A stretch of DNA of 43,564 nt from a virus (taxonomy: Duplodnaviria > Caudoviricetes), in IMG/VR virus record IMGVR_UViG_3300043574_000003, positions 1 through 43,564 of that record, one strand, 5' to 3'. This document shows positions 7,726-15,223 of the stretch, in pieces; the stretch's first letter is position 1; each line of letters begins with the position of its first letter. Both the position numbers and the translations under genes were made by a program. Under the pieces are notes generated by a model that was given only the letters and a program-made list of their open reading frames with translations, had not been told where the DNA came from and ran no database searches.

Positions 7726-8234
7726 CCCGCGCAACCGTAACGCCACTGGAAGCGCTGACGCGGCTGATAGCTGTTGCGAAGGAGATTGATTACCCAGCCC
7801 CAGCTTTTGAAACAGCCAATGCATGGAATAAGTTTCAGGGCGAGCTGGCTGTCGCGGAAATGGTGGTGCGGGATTGGGCGGAGCCTAAGCCGGTGGCATG
7901 GTGCGCACCTGATTCTGATGGCAAGCCCAAATTCGGCACTGGTTGGTGCTTTGCGCGCTTGCGCGACAGTATGGCGACCATGCCCCTCTACGCCGCCCCA
8001 CAACCCGAAGCCACTCAGGGTGATGTGGCCGTGGTCAATGCGCAGTTGGTGGAGGCGTTGACAGGGGCGCTGGCCGTGATCGATGATTACTTGGCCTATG
8101 ACCACAACGGCGACCCATGGACCGAGGACGCGCGCACGATGGGCGAAATGGACATCAACGATTACAAGCACGATGGCCGTTTAGACGCTGCCCACGCCGC
8201 CCTTGCCGCTGCTGGCGTGAAGGTGGCACTGTGA
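7722..8234 (+). CDS. hypothetical protein
   Basis: 170-aa ORF with KPVAW...PLYAAP and LVEALTGAL segments typical of mosaic phage early proteins; ATGA overlap. Confidence 0.7.
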   Translation: MTRATVTPLEALTRLIAVAKEIDYPAPAFETANAWNKFQGELAVAEMVVRDWAEPKPVAWCAPDSDGKPKFGTGWCFARLRDSMATMPLYAAPQPEATQGDVAVVNAQLVEALTGALAVIDDYLAYDHNGDPWTEDARTMGEMDINDYKHDGRLDAAHAALAAAGVKVAL

Positions 8235-8434
8235 TCGTGGACGACGCACCAGTCAGCGAGGAGCCGATCACAGCCCAGGAGCGCGCAGACCTCAAGGACG
8301 AACGCGAGGCCGAGGAATACTCCGAAGTCTACGCCCAGGTCCAGGCCGAGCGCGAGGCGGCAGGGCGCAGCGCGGCGTCGATCATGGTCGCTGCCGAGAC
8401 GATGCGCCGGCTGCGGGTGAAGTATGGCGGATGA
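8231..8434 (+). CDS. hypothetical protein
   Basis: GTG start overlapping the previous stop (GTGA); acidic 67-aa product. Confidence 0.55.
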   Translation: MIVDDAPVSEEPITAQERADLKDEREAEEYSEVYAQVQAEREAAGRSAASIMVAAETMRRLRVKYGG

Positions 8435-8501
8435 CGCTGTGTACCTGCTGTGGGCGGCGGTAATCATCGCAGCGGTTTTGTTCGCTGTGCGCAGGAAATA
8501 G
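8424..8501 (+). CDS. 25-aa membrane peptide
   Basis: MADDAVYLLWAAVIIAAVLFAVRRK: single TM segment with basic tail; fills the gap up to the next promoter. Confidence 0.4.
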   Translation: MADDAVYLLWAAVIIAAVLFAVRRK

Positions 8502-8502
8502 C

Positions 8503-8532
8503 TTGCGAAGGATCAATGTTTTAAGGTATCGT
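8503..8532 (+). promoter_or_regulatory. sigma70-like promoter TTGCGA-N18-TATCGT
   Basis: -35 at 8503-8508, -10 at 8527-8532, just before a structured leader. Confidence 0.55.
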
Positions 8533-8539
8533 GTGCGCA

Positions 8540-8667
8540 ATGGTGTGAGAGCCAAAGTACAGTGCAGAAAACAAGCCGTCAAAAGCTTGGGTTCTGAGAA
8601 CCGCCAGGAGCTGCACGCTTGGCCAAGTTCTCTCTCACCAGAACCCAGACTTTTGACGGTTTTTTTT
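8540..8667 (+). ncRNA. structured leader/attenuator RNA ending in a terminator
   Basis: Long stem 8573-8596/8639-8662 followed by a T-run; gtgagag 8545-8551 complements ctctcac 8632-8638; gtgcag 8562-8567 complements ctgcac 8611-8616. Confidence 0.65.
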
Positions 8668-8961
8668 CGTCTGTAGGTTCCACATCATTCGCACCGGACG
8701 CAGCGATACGAGACAGGCCTGATATCGGCCTACACCGGAAAGTAGACAGGCACCGACAGCCCCGGCCACGCCTAGCAAGCCTTGATGCAGGGACTTGAAA
8801 CAACTGTTATGCGGCAAGTGGTGAGACACCGCTGATAGGATGGAATGCATACCGCTTCGGTGGATTGGGTCTGGATCTTGTATCTGGATTGGATCAAAGG
8901 TGATAGAGACTGCGTAGGAAACTACAGGCTTATCACCCTTGGGGAAACTATGGAGAAACAC

Positions 8962-9669
8962 ATGACAGAACACAACCAAATGGAAGGACTGCTTAAACTA
9001 CGAGCGGCCTTCGAACCGCACCACATCAGCAAGCTCCCAAAGCCGACGAAGAAGCAAACTGAAGAGGTCCGCGCCGATTACACAAAGGGCGTCCGCTGCA
9101 CAATCTGCGGCACGTGGCACCATCCGAAGGTAGAGCACTTGGACTATGTTGGACACGCCGCGATTACCGCGCGCCTTTTGGACGTCGACCCACTATGGTC
9201 ATGGGAGCCGATTGCTTTTGACGCATCTGGATTGCCGCTTGTTGACAAAGACGGCGGCATGTGGATTCGGCTTACGGTGCTGGGCATGACGCGCTTGGGT
9301 TACGGTGACGCTGATAGCAAGACAGGTCCTAGTGCCATGAAAGAGCGGATCGGTGACGCGCTGCGCAATGCGGGCATGCGCTTTGGAATGGCGCTGGATC
9401 TGTGGCACAAGGGAGTACTGGAAATGGAGCCTGAGCGTTTTGAGGCAAACCCGGCCGACAAGTGGGTGATGAAAGCCGACAGCGCCGCCGACCTGAAGGC
9501 GTTGGAAAAAGTCTGGACCGAAGGCGCTGCCGACCTGGTCGAGAAAGATGACCGCAAGGCCTATGCCGAATTTAAGGCCGCAGTGTCCGCACGCAAGAAA
9601 GAGCTTCTGCCGCCTCCGCCGTCGCCTGAAGAACTGGACGCCCAGCGCAGCGCCGGGGGCCAGCCATGA
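8962..9669 (+). CDS. Rad52/Rad22 (Sak-like) single-strand annealing protein
   Basis: LDYVGHAAITARLLDVDP.W.W, WIRLTVLG.TRLGYG, KE.IGDALRNAGMRFG.ALDLW; alternative start at 8950. Confidence 0.8.
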   Translation: MTEHNQMEGLLKLRAAFEPHHISKLPKPTKKQTEEVRADYTKGVRCTICGTWHHPKVEHLDYVGHAAITARLLDVDPLWSWEPIAFDASGLPLVDKDGGMWIRLTVLGMTRLGYGDADSKTGPSAMKERIGDALRNAGMRFGMALDLWHKGVLEMEPERFEANPADKWVMKADSAADLKALEKVWTEGAADLVEKDDRKAYAEFKAAVSARKKELLPPPPSPEELDAQRSAGGQP

Positions 9670-10424
9670 GATTCGTAGAAGCCCAGCAGGGAACGCCTGA
9701 ATGGTATCAGGCTCGCGTCGGCAAGATCACCGCTTCGTGCTTCGCTGACGCCGTGTCGCGCGTTGGTGCGCTGGACGAACGCCAAGCCAAGTATGTCGCA
9801 TTGATGCGCGGCGGCGCGGCCCAGGCCGATGCGCTGAAGGAGGCCGGTTACAAGGCGGCGCCGACGGCCGACACGGTGCGGCGCGCGCTGGCCGGTGAAG
9901 ACACCAGCTCGCCGTCGGACACTGCCAAGCGCTACGCCGCAGACCTGGCCATCGAGCGCATCAGCAATCAGCCACACGGAGAGCCGGCAAAGGCGTGGGT
10001 GCTCGAGCGCGGTCACGAAATGGAAACGCGCGCGCGTATGCTGTACGAGGCGCGCACCGGCGCCTTCATCACCGAGTCGGGCATCTGCATCAGCGACGAC
10101 GGCATTTTCGGCTACAGCAGCGACGGCCTTGCCGACGACGACGGCCTCATCGAAATTAAGGCGCCGATCGACAGCATCAAGATCATGGAGATATGGCGCA
10201 CTGGTGACACTAGCGAATACGATCACCAGATGCAGGGCGGCTTATGGCTTACTGGCCGCAAGTGGCTGGACTTCATTATGTTCGTACCTGACCTAGCCGC
10301 CGTCGGGAAAGACCTCTATGCCAAGCGCATCCACCGTGACGAGGAATTTATCGACAAGATGGTCATGCAGTTAGCGGCCTTCGATACGATGGTACGTGAA
10401 TACGAAGCTGTACTCCGCACCTAA
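9666..10424 (+). CDS. YqaJ/lambda-exonuclease family recombination nuclease
   Basis: QGTPEWYQARVGKITAS, GHEME, SSDGL, IEIKAP, YDHQMQGGLW motifs. Confidence 0.92.
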   Translation: MRFVEAQQGTPEWYQARVGKITASCFADAVSRVGALDERQAKYVALMRGGAAQADALKEAGYKAAPTADTVRRALAGEDTSSPSDTAKRYAADLAIERISNQPHGEPAKAWVLERGHEMETRARMLYEARTGAFITESGICISDDGIFGYSSDGLADDDGLIEIKAPIDSIKIMEIWRTGDTSEYDHQMQGGLWLTGRKWLDFIMFVPDLAAVGKDLYAKRIHRDEEFIDKMVMQLAAFDTMVREYEAVLRT

Positions 10425-10454
10425 ACCACTTTACCCACCCGAAGAAAGAAGAAG

Positions 10455-11096
10455 ATGAGCATACAAGAACCGTTCTACCTGACCCGCGACCGCATGCTGG
10501 TGAAGGTCAAAATGCGCACTGAGAAGCATGGCGACGAGAACGTCGACGCCTACGACGTGATCCTGTCCGGAGCCTTCGCCAACGCCGTACTGCTGAAGCT
10601 CGACCCTGACCTGCGCCCGCACCTGTACACGCAAGAGCAGGGCGACCTGGTCGATGGACAGACGTACAACACGCTGCGCTTCCCTAAGCTGGGTCACTTC
10701 GACTGGGCGCTGGAAATGACGCGCATGGAGCTGACGCTGCACGATGAAGAGTTCGAACACGAAAGCGTGACCTTCACCGACAAGGAAGTCGACCGCTTCA
10801 ACTTCGGCTTGCTGGCTGGCGGCACGGTTAACTTCGGCCTGCGCGTTAAGGTCGGCGTGGTGGAAGACGAAACGCTGCTGCTCAAGCTGCTGCGCGCAAG
10901 TCACCAGGAGCTTCTGGTCAGCCTGCGCCAGGTAATTGTGGAAGAGCCGGACAACTTCGAGCAGGTAGAGCAAAGCGGCAAGGCGCCACAGAGCGAGGCT
11001 GGCAAGGAACTGGCGTCGCTGTTCAACAACCCGGCCGGCGCCCATTCGCCCGAAGAACTGGTCGGCCTGGAGCCTGAGCCGGCGCCGGAAGTCTGA
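10455..11096 (+). CDS. hypothetical protein
   Basis: 213-aa ORF with strong GC3 codon bias, in operon context. Confidence 0.75.
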   Translation: MSIQEPFYLTRDRMLVKVKMRTEKHGDENVDAYDVILSGAFANAVLLKLDPDLRPHLYTQEQGDLVDGQTYNTLRFPKLGHFDWALEMTRMELTLHDEEFEHESVTFTDKEVDRFNFGLLAGGTVNFGLRVKVGVVEDETLLLKLLRASHQELLVSLRQVIVEEPDNFEQVEQSGKAPQSEAGKELASLFNNPAGAHSPEELVGLEPEPAPEV

Positions 11097-11098
11097 TC

Positions 11099-11293
11099 AT
11101 GAGCCTGTGCATTCATTTTTCTGACCCTGCACAGGCCCGCTGCTGCCGCGCCGACGTCCAGTATCAGGCGTTGGCCGGTGGCGCGGCGCACACGATGATC
11201 TTTCGCCTGCCATGCTTTGAACTGTCGAACAGGCATGGTGAAGACGTGAAGCATTGCACGAAGTACCAACCACAAAGTGACCACGATGAATAA
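11099..11293 (+). CDS. small Cys-rich hypothetical protein
   Basis: 64-aa ORF packed between neighbours. Confidence 0.55.
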   Translation: MSLCIHFSDPAQARCCRADVQYQALAGGAAHTMIFRLPCFELSNRHGEDVKHCTKYQPQSDHDE

Positions 11294-12170
11294 CGATAAA
11301 ACGAACGAAGAATGGGCCGACCTGGTCCGCGCACAGATCGCGCAGATTGATGCGCTGACTCTGGCGCTGTCGGAGGCACGTAACGCCACGAGCGCGCCGG
11401 TTGATCTGTCGGGCCTGAAGAACCCTTACACTGGTCAAAGATGCCTGTCGCTGTATTCGGTCGGCTGGGAGCGCTGCATGTCCGAAGTGCGCGCCCTGCT
11501 GGCTGCTTCGCCAGCACCAACAGCCCCTACCGTTAGGCAACTCGCCGCGCAGTTGGACAGCGACGAGAAGTGGACGATTGCCGAGCAAAAAGCATTCGCA
11601 CCGTTCCTGGCACGCTTCCCCAATGAATGCAGCCAGGGCATTCAGTCGCTCGGCTCGGCGTGGAAACACGGCATCGCCTATGCGAATTCCCTCGCCGCCC
11701 CACAGCAGCATGCGCAAGCGGCGCTGAGCGATGAGCCAGCTTGGATATCTGTCAAAGACGCCCTGCCAAAGATAGAGCAATCGGTCGGAATGCATAGCAC
11801 GCGTGTTCATGTTTTGGCTGTGGCTGATTACGATGGAATAGTTTCGCAAATGTCTTTCATCCCCGAGTCTTCGCCACAGTGGCGTTACTTGGATGGGCGT
11901 CCTCGGCGGTTCGGTCCGACGCATTGGATGCCACTGCCAGTATTCGACACCGCCAGCCATCAGCCAGCCGCAGCACCAGACGTCGCCCAGTGCCAGCTTG
12001 TCTACGCAGAAGCACCACAGCAGGGCGGGGAGTTGCTGCAGGATGAGCGCAAGGCTTTTGAGGCGTGGATGCGAGATGAGTGTGGCGCTGACGACGACAT
12101 GCTGAAGCGTCCGCACGAAGGTCGATATTTCGGCTATCCGGATTACTCGGTGGAAAGGGGTGAGTCATGA
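11286..12170 (+). CDS. mosaic early protein with DUF551-like segment; 3' end replaced by the IS terminus
   Basis: WISVKDALP...PTHWMPLP segment; last 12 residues (GYPDYSVERGES) are encoded by the IS end starting at 12132. Confidence 0.7.
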   Translation: MNNDKTNEEWADLVRAQIAQIDALTLALSEARNATSAPVDLSGLKNPYTGQRCLSLYSVGWERCMSEVRALLAASPAPTAPTVRQLAAQLDSDEKWTIAEQKAFAPFLARFPNECSQGIQSLGSAWKHGIAYANSLAAPQQHAQAALSDEPAWISVKDALPKIEQSVGMHSTRVHVLAVADYDGIVSQMSFIPESSPQWRYLDGRPRRFGPTHWMPLPVFDTASHQPAAAPDVAQCQLVYAEAPQQGGELLQDERKAFEAWMRDECGADDDMLKRPHEGRYFGYPDYSVERGES

Positions 12171-13558
12171 ATAAACTCATCTGGGTGGAAACGCCAGTTG
12201 CAGTCTGCGCAAACCATAAGCAGGCTTTCCACTATCTCAGGGGCGGTTGCGCCCCTCGGCCTGACGTGGTCAATATGGTGACCGGCAAGCTCGTCTTCCA
12301 GAAACAAGCCTCCACAGCAAGCGCAGCGGTGCATCGGCTCATCAGCAATCGGCATCTGAGCCTGGGCAGCCCGCTTGGCGCGCAACTGGCGCTTGGACGG
12401 CTCCCGGTTGTTAAACAGCAGCCTGGCCCTGATGACCTCGAACGAGTAGCCGCGCCCCATCCTGTTCATCACCTTGGCAACGCCGTTGACGCCCTCGGTG
12501 TAGGCGTTGGTGATGGGGAAGTCGAAGTAGTTCAGAATCTCCTTCCGCCAGTTCTTCATGGCAGACAGCAGGTCCTTGAAGTCGGCCTTGAGGCTGTCTG
12601 GCACGTCGCCGGCGAAGCTGTCGAAGTCCCTGATGGCGGCGTCCTTTGGCAAGGTGTAGATGTCGAACAGCCGCTCCTTGAGCTTGTAGGCCTCAGCAAC
12701 CTCAGGCTCATTGGCCAGCCACATATCCAGGTTGAATCGCTGCTTGACGCTCAGGTCCTTGTTGCGCAGCCTCAGCAGCGCCTTGCTGCGCATCCAGCCC
12801 TTCCGGACAGCTGCCTTCTGGTCTTTGCCCAGGCGGATGCGGGTGCGCTCGATGCTCTCGTTGGCCTTCTTGACGACGTGGAAGCGGTCGATGACGACGG
12901 GCAGGTCCTTGAACATCAGTCCAGCCACGTCTCGGTACGGCGCCCACATGTCGATGGCCAGGCCCTTTACGTGGCTACGGTCGGGGAACTGGCTGAACCA
13001 GCGGATGAGCTGCGGCTTGTCACGGCCTGGCAGCAGGTCTATGGGGCGGCCGTTGCCAATGTCGGTGATGATGCCCCGGAAAATCTTGTTCAGGTGCGTC
13101 TCGTCCAGTCCAATCCACTCGGGCAGGTAGGGCTTGTACTCGACACTCATGGCCTCGATGAGGTCGCCGGCTACGTTCCTGACGGTCTTCTCGTCGCAGC
13201 CAAGGTGCTCGGAGACGCGCTGGAAGGTGTCACGCAGGCACTGCTGCTCGATGTAGGCCAGGCAGCGCTCCGTCATCCTGCGTTCAGCGTCAATGCCCTC
13301 CAAGGGCTGCAAGAACGTGCCGCTGCAGTCTCGGCACTTGTAGCGCTGGACCTTGGCCTCGATGCAGGATGGTCGACCGCGGACCGGGCTATCCAGGATG
13401 GTGAGCGACCTGGGGCCGTGACGGTAGAGCGCGCCCACCAGCCCGCACAGAGGGCAGGAGTCGGGTTGCTTGGCGTACTGGGCGGCTATGACGAGACGCT
13501 TGCCATCGTCAGTGGTGCTGGAAACCGTCCAGCCGGGCAATTGAAGGATGTCGGTCAT
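12143..13558 (-). CDS. ISL3-family transposase with C-terminal HNH-like extension
   Basis: N-terminal CPLCG...CRDC zinc finger; IGLDET, AIDMW..Y, IDRFHV, TNAYTEGVN DDE motifs; tail CACC...HHIDHVRP...CADCNWRFH. Confidence 0.92.
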   Translation of the reverse strand: MTDILQLPGWTVSSTTDDGKRLVIAAQYAKQPDSCPLCGLVGALYRHGPRSLTILDSPVRGRPSCIEAKVQRYKCRDCSGTFLQPLEGIDAERRMTERCLAYIEQQCLRDTFQRVSEHLGCDEKTVRNVAGDLIEAMSVEYKPYLPEWIGLDETHLNKIFRGIITDIGNGRPIDLLPGRDKPQLIRWFSQFPDRSHVKGLAIDMWAPYRDVAGLMFKDLPVVIDRFHVVKKANESIERTRIRLGKDQKAAVRKGWMRSKALLRLRNKDLSVKQRFNLDMWLANEPEVAEAYKLKERLFDIYTLPKDAAIRDFDSFAGDVPDSLKADFKDLLSAMKNWRKEILNYFDFPITNAYTEGVNGVAKVMNRMGRGYSFEVIRARLLFNNREPSKRQLRAKRAAQAQMPIADEPMHRCACCGGLFLEDELAGHHIDHVRPRGATAPEIVESLLMVCADCNWRFHPDEFIHDSPLSTE

Positions 13559-14284
13559 TCAGCCATTATCCGGGGAGAGTGTCAGCCATGCAACTTTTGC
13601 CACTCGCGGAACCTGTCCATTCCCAATGGCCTTAAGTCGGTCCATCCGATTGGCCACCCCATGACCCATTCGGTCCAATCCGGGTTCGGTCGGCCACCCA
13701 CTATGTCGTTGATGGTTACCTGCTTTTTCCCGCCATTGGCTCGGCGATTCGTCTTGTTCGTTGAGGCTCCACGCGCCCCCATGCTGGCATCCGGAGTCGG
13801 CAAGAACCCAGATTCTTTCCCTCTCGTGAGGAGCGTCGGCGTGATGAGCTCCCAGCACGCCCCATTGCGCATCAAACCCCATCTCGGCCAAGTCTCCAAG
13901 AACACGTCCGAGTCCGCGAGAAGTGAGCATTGGGGAGTTTTCCACATAGACGAACCGCGGCTGAACCTCGCGAACGACCCTGGCCATTTCCTCCCAGAGC
14001 CCACTGCGTTCGCCGTCGATACCGGCGCCCTTGCCAGCTGCGCTGATGTCCTGGCAGGGAAACCCGCCCGAAACGACGTCAACAAGGCCTCGCCATGGCC
14101 GTCCGTCAAAAGTCGAGATGTCAGACCAAATTGGGAAAGGCTTGAGGCATCCATCATTTTGCCGTTGCGCCAAAACTTGTGCGGCGTATCCATCACGCTC
14201 AACTGCGCACACGGTGCGCCATCCAAGCAGGTGTCCGCCGAGTATTCCTCCACCAGCGCCTGCGAAAAGAGCCAACTCATTCAT
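13559..14284 (-). CDS. DNA cytosine-C5 methyltransferase, catalytic polypeptide (lacks motif IX/TRD)
   Basis: LFAGAGG (I), GGFPCQD (IV), VENS (VI), HERERIW (VIII), RLKAIGNG (X); GGGAG RBS before ATG at 14284. Confidence 0.92.
   Translation of the reverse strand: MNELALFAGAGGGILGGHLLGWRTVCAVERDGYAAQVLAQRQNDGCLKPFPIWSDISTFDGRPWRGLVDVVSGGFPCQDISAAGKGAGIDGERSGLWEEMARVVREVQPRFVYVENSPMLTSRGLGRVLGDLAEMGFDAQWGVLGAHHADAPHERERIWVLADSGCQHGGAWSLNEQDESPSQWREKAGNHQRHSGWPTEPGLDRMGHGVANRMDRLKAIGNGQVPRVAKVAWLTLSPDNG
13582..14280 (-). CDS. overprinted second methyltransferase polypeptide carrying TRD-like region and motif IX
   Basis: 232-aa same-strand alternative frame, ATG 4 nt after the first ATG; ends LPTPDAS...NPDWTEWVMGWPIGWTD (motif IX-like). 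Confidence 0.72.
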   Translation of the reverse strand: MSWLFSQALVEEYSADTCLDGAPCAQLSVMDTPHKFWRNGKMMDASSLSQFGLTSRLLTDGHGEALLTSFRAGFPARTSAQLARAPVSTANAVGSGRKWPGSFARFSRGSSMWKTPQCSLLADSDVFLETWPRWGLMRNGACWELITPTLLTRGKESGFLPTPDASMGARGASTNKTNRRANGGKKQVTINDIVGGRPNPDWTEWVMGWPIGWTDLRPLGMDRFREWQKLHG

Positions 14285-14302
14285 GATTCTCCCATAACCA
14301 GA

Positions 14303-14366
14303 TTCCACCACTTATTCCGGATTTACAGGTTAACACATGAACTCACTTTCCACCACTTATTCCGGA
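14303..14366. repeat. 19-bp perfect direct repeat ttccaccacttattccgga at the IS end
   Basis: Copies at 14303-14321 and 14348-14366; the second lies within the terminal IR. Confidence 0.92.
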
Positions 14367-14375
14367 GAACCGAAG

Positions 14376-14400
14376 AAGCCGACATAGCGCCGGCTTTTTT
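14376..14400. terminator. intrinsic terminator, possibly bidirectional
   Basis: aagccg-acatagcgc-cggctt hairpin followed by a T-run on +, at the end of the lysis cassette. Confidence 0.65.
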
Positions 14401-14653
14401 ATTTCGGCCACGCGTCTACCGTCTTATGGTGCCGGATGGCACAGTCGGTATAGCGAGGGATAAGCACCTCTTGAACCCACCCCTGCAGCACATCATAATC
14501 GTCGGTGGTCGGGGTCTCGCCGATCAGCATGCAATCACTTGCTAGGTACTGATCCAGAGATGGCGCGATCCGCTGCGGCGGCGCTTTCGGCGAGGTTGTG
14601 CAGCCGCACAGGACCAGGGCGGCAATCATCAGGTAGGGGAGGAGGGGGCGCAT
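14399..14653 (-). CDS. o-spanin (Rz1-like lipoprotein)
   Basis: Lipobox VLCGC, Pro-rich linker, overlaps the 3' end of the i-spanin in another frame. Confidence 0.8.
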   Translation of the reverse strand: MRPLLPYLMIAALVLCGCTTSPKAPPQRIAPSLDQYLASDCMLIGETPTTDDYDVLQGWVQEVLIPRYTDCAIRHHKTVDAWPK

Positions 14654-14939
14654 TTTTCTGGTTCCTTCGGATGGCTGCGAGCTGGGTGTTGACGGCGGAC
14701 AGATCGGTTTGCGCGCCGAGGGCGGCAGCGGTAACTACGTCGGCGGCCACCTTGTAATCAGACAGTGCTACCTGCGACGCTTGGCTGATCGCCTCTGCGT
14801 TATCCTTCTTCATGTTGGCGATGTCGATTTTCAGATCCGCGATGGTGTCGGCGTACCAGAACTTTGCGCCCGTCGCGCCGGCGCCAAGTCCGATGACCAG
14901 CGCACCAACAGCGATCGGCCATGTGGGGATCAGACTCAT
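14535..14939 (-). CDS. i-spanin (Rz-like)
   Basis: N-terminal TM segment, Ala-rich coiled coil, C-terminal PLPDDC; position after endolysin/holin. Confidence 0.8.
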   Translation of the reverse strand: MSLIPTWPIAVGALVIGLGAGATGAKFWYADTIADLKIDIANMKKDNAEAISQASQVALSDYKVAADVVTAAALGAQTDLSAVNTQLAAIRRNQKNAPPPPLPDDCRPGPVRLHNLAESAAAADRAISGSVPSK

Positions 14940-15223
14940 TTGATCACCTCCGTGGTTTGCTGGATCAGGGTCGAGCTGCTGGTAGTAGTATCGCCCCGGT
15001 TGTTCTCTGCGATCTTGCCACCGACGTAGGAGTAGCCACCCAGGCCAGCTAGTGGGACCGTAACAGTGCCAAGTGCGAGTGCCACATCGCGACCATTGAA
15101 AGCGGCTACAGAAAGCACCACGACGGCCACAGAGAGGGCGAACACCGCACAGAGCATTGCGACACGCTTAGACGAGGCTCGGCCGCTAGCACCGTCGCCG
15201 ATGGCCTCACGCAGCCAGTTCAT
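14936..15223 (-). CDS. putative holin (2 TM)
   Basis: MNWLREAIGDGASGRASSKR followed by two hydrophobic segments; ATGA overlap with the endolysin stop. Confidence 0.65.
   Translation of the reverse strand: MNWLREAIGDGASGRASSKRVAMLCAVFALSVAVVVLSVAAFNGRDVALALGTVTVPLAGLGGYSYVGGKIAENNRGDTTTSSSTLIQQTTEVIK

Larger units (their letters stand above)
12132..14371 (-). mobile_element. ISL3-family insertion sequence with methyltransferase passenger (2240 bp)
   Basis: Imperfect terminal IRs ggctatccggattactcggtggaaag (12132-12157) vs ggttctccggaataagtggtggaaag (reverse complement of 14346-14371), 20/26 identical, GG termini; ISL3 transposase inside; flanks gatatttc / gaagaagc are not duplicated. Confidence 0.85.

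Noticed and set aside
8579-8979. Minus-strand ORFs 8579-8803 and 8635-8979
   Set aside because: Opposite to the operon direction, TTG/GTG starts with no clear RBS, and they overlap the structured RNA region.
12143-12334. IscB/TnpB-like RNA-guided nuclease interpretation of the HNH tail
   Set aside because: No RuvC motifs, and no room for a guide RNA: the stop codon lies inside the terminal IR and the other end has under 90 nt of non-coding sequence.
14303-14366. Possible mini-CRISPR (two 19-bp repeats, 26-bp gap)
   Set aside because: One copy is part of the IS terminal inverted repeat; better explained as transposase binding sites.
12167-14545. 792-aa plus-strand ORF spanning the IS
   Set aside because: It is in exact codon register antisense to the transposase and MTase frame 1, has no recognisable motifs and crosses the IS boundary: a GC-rich shadow ORF.
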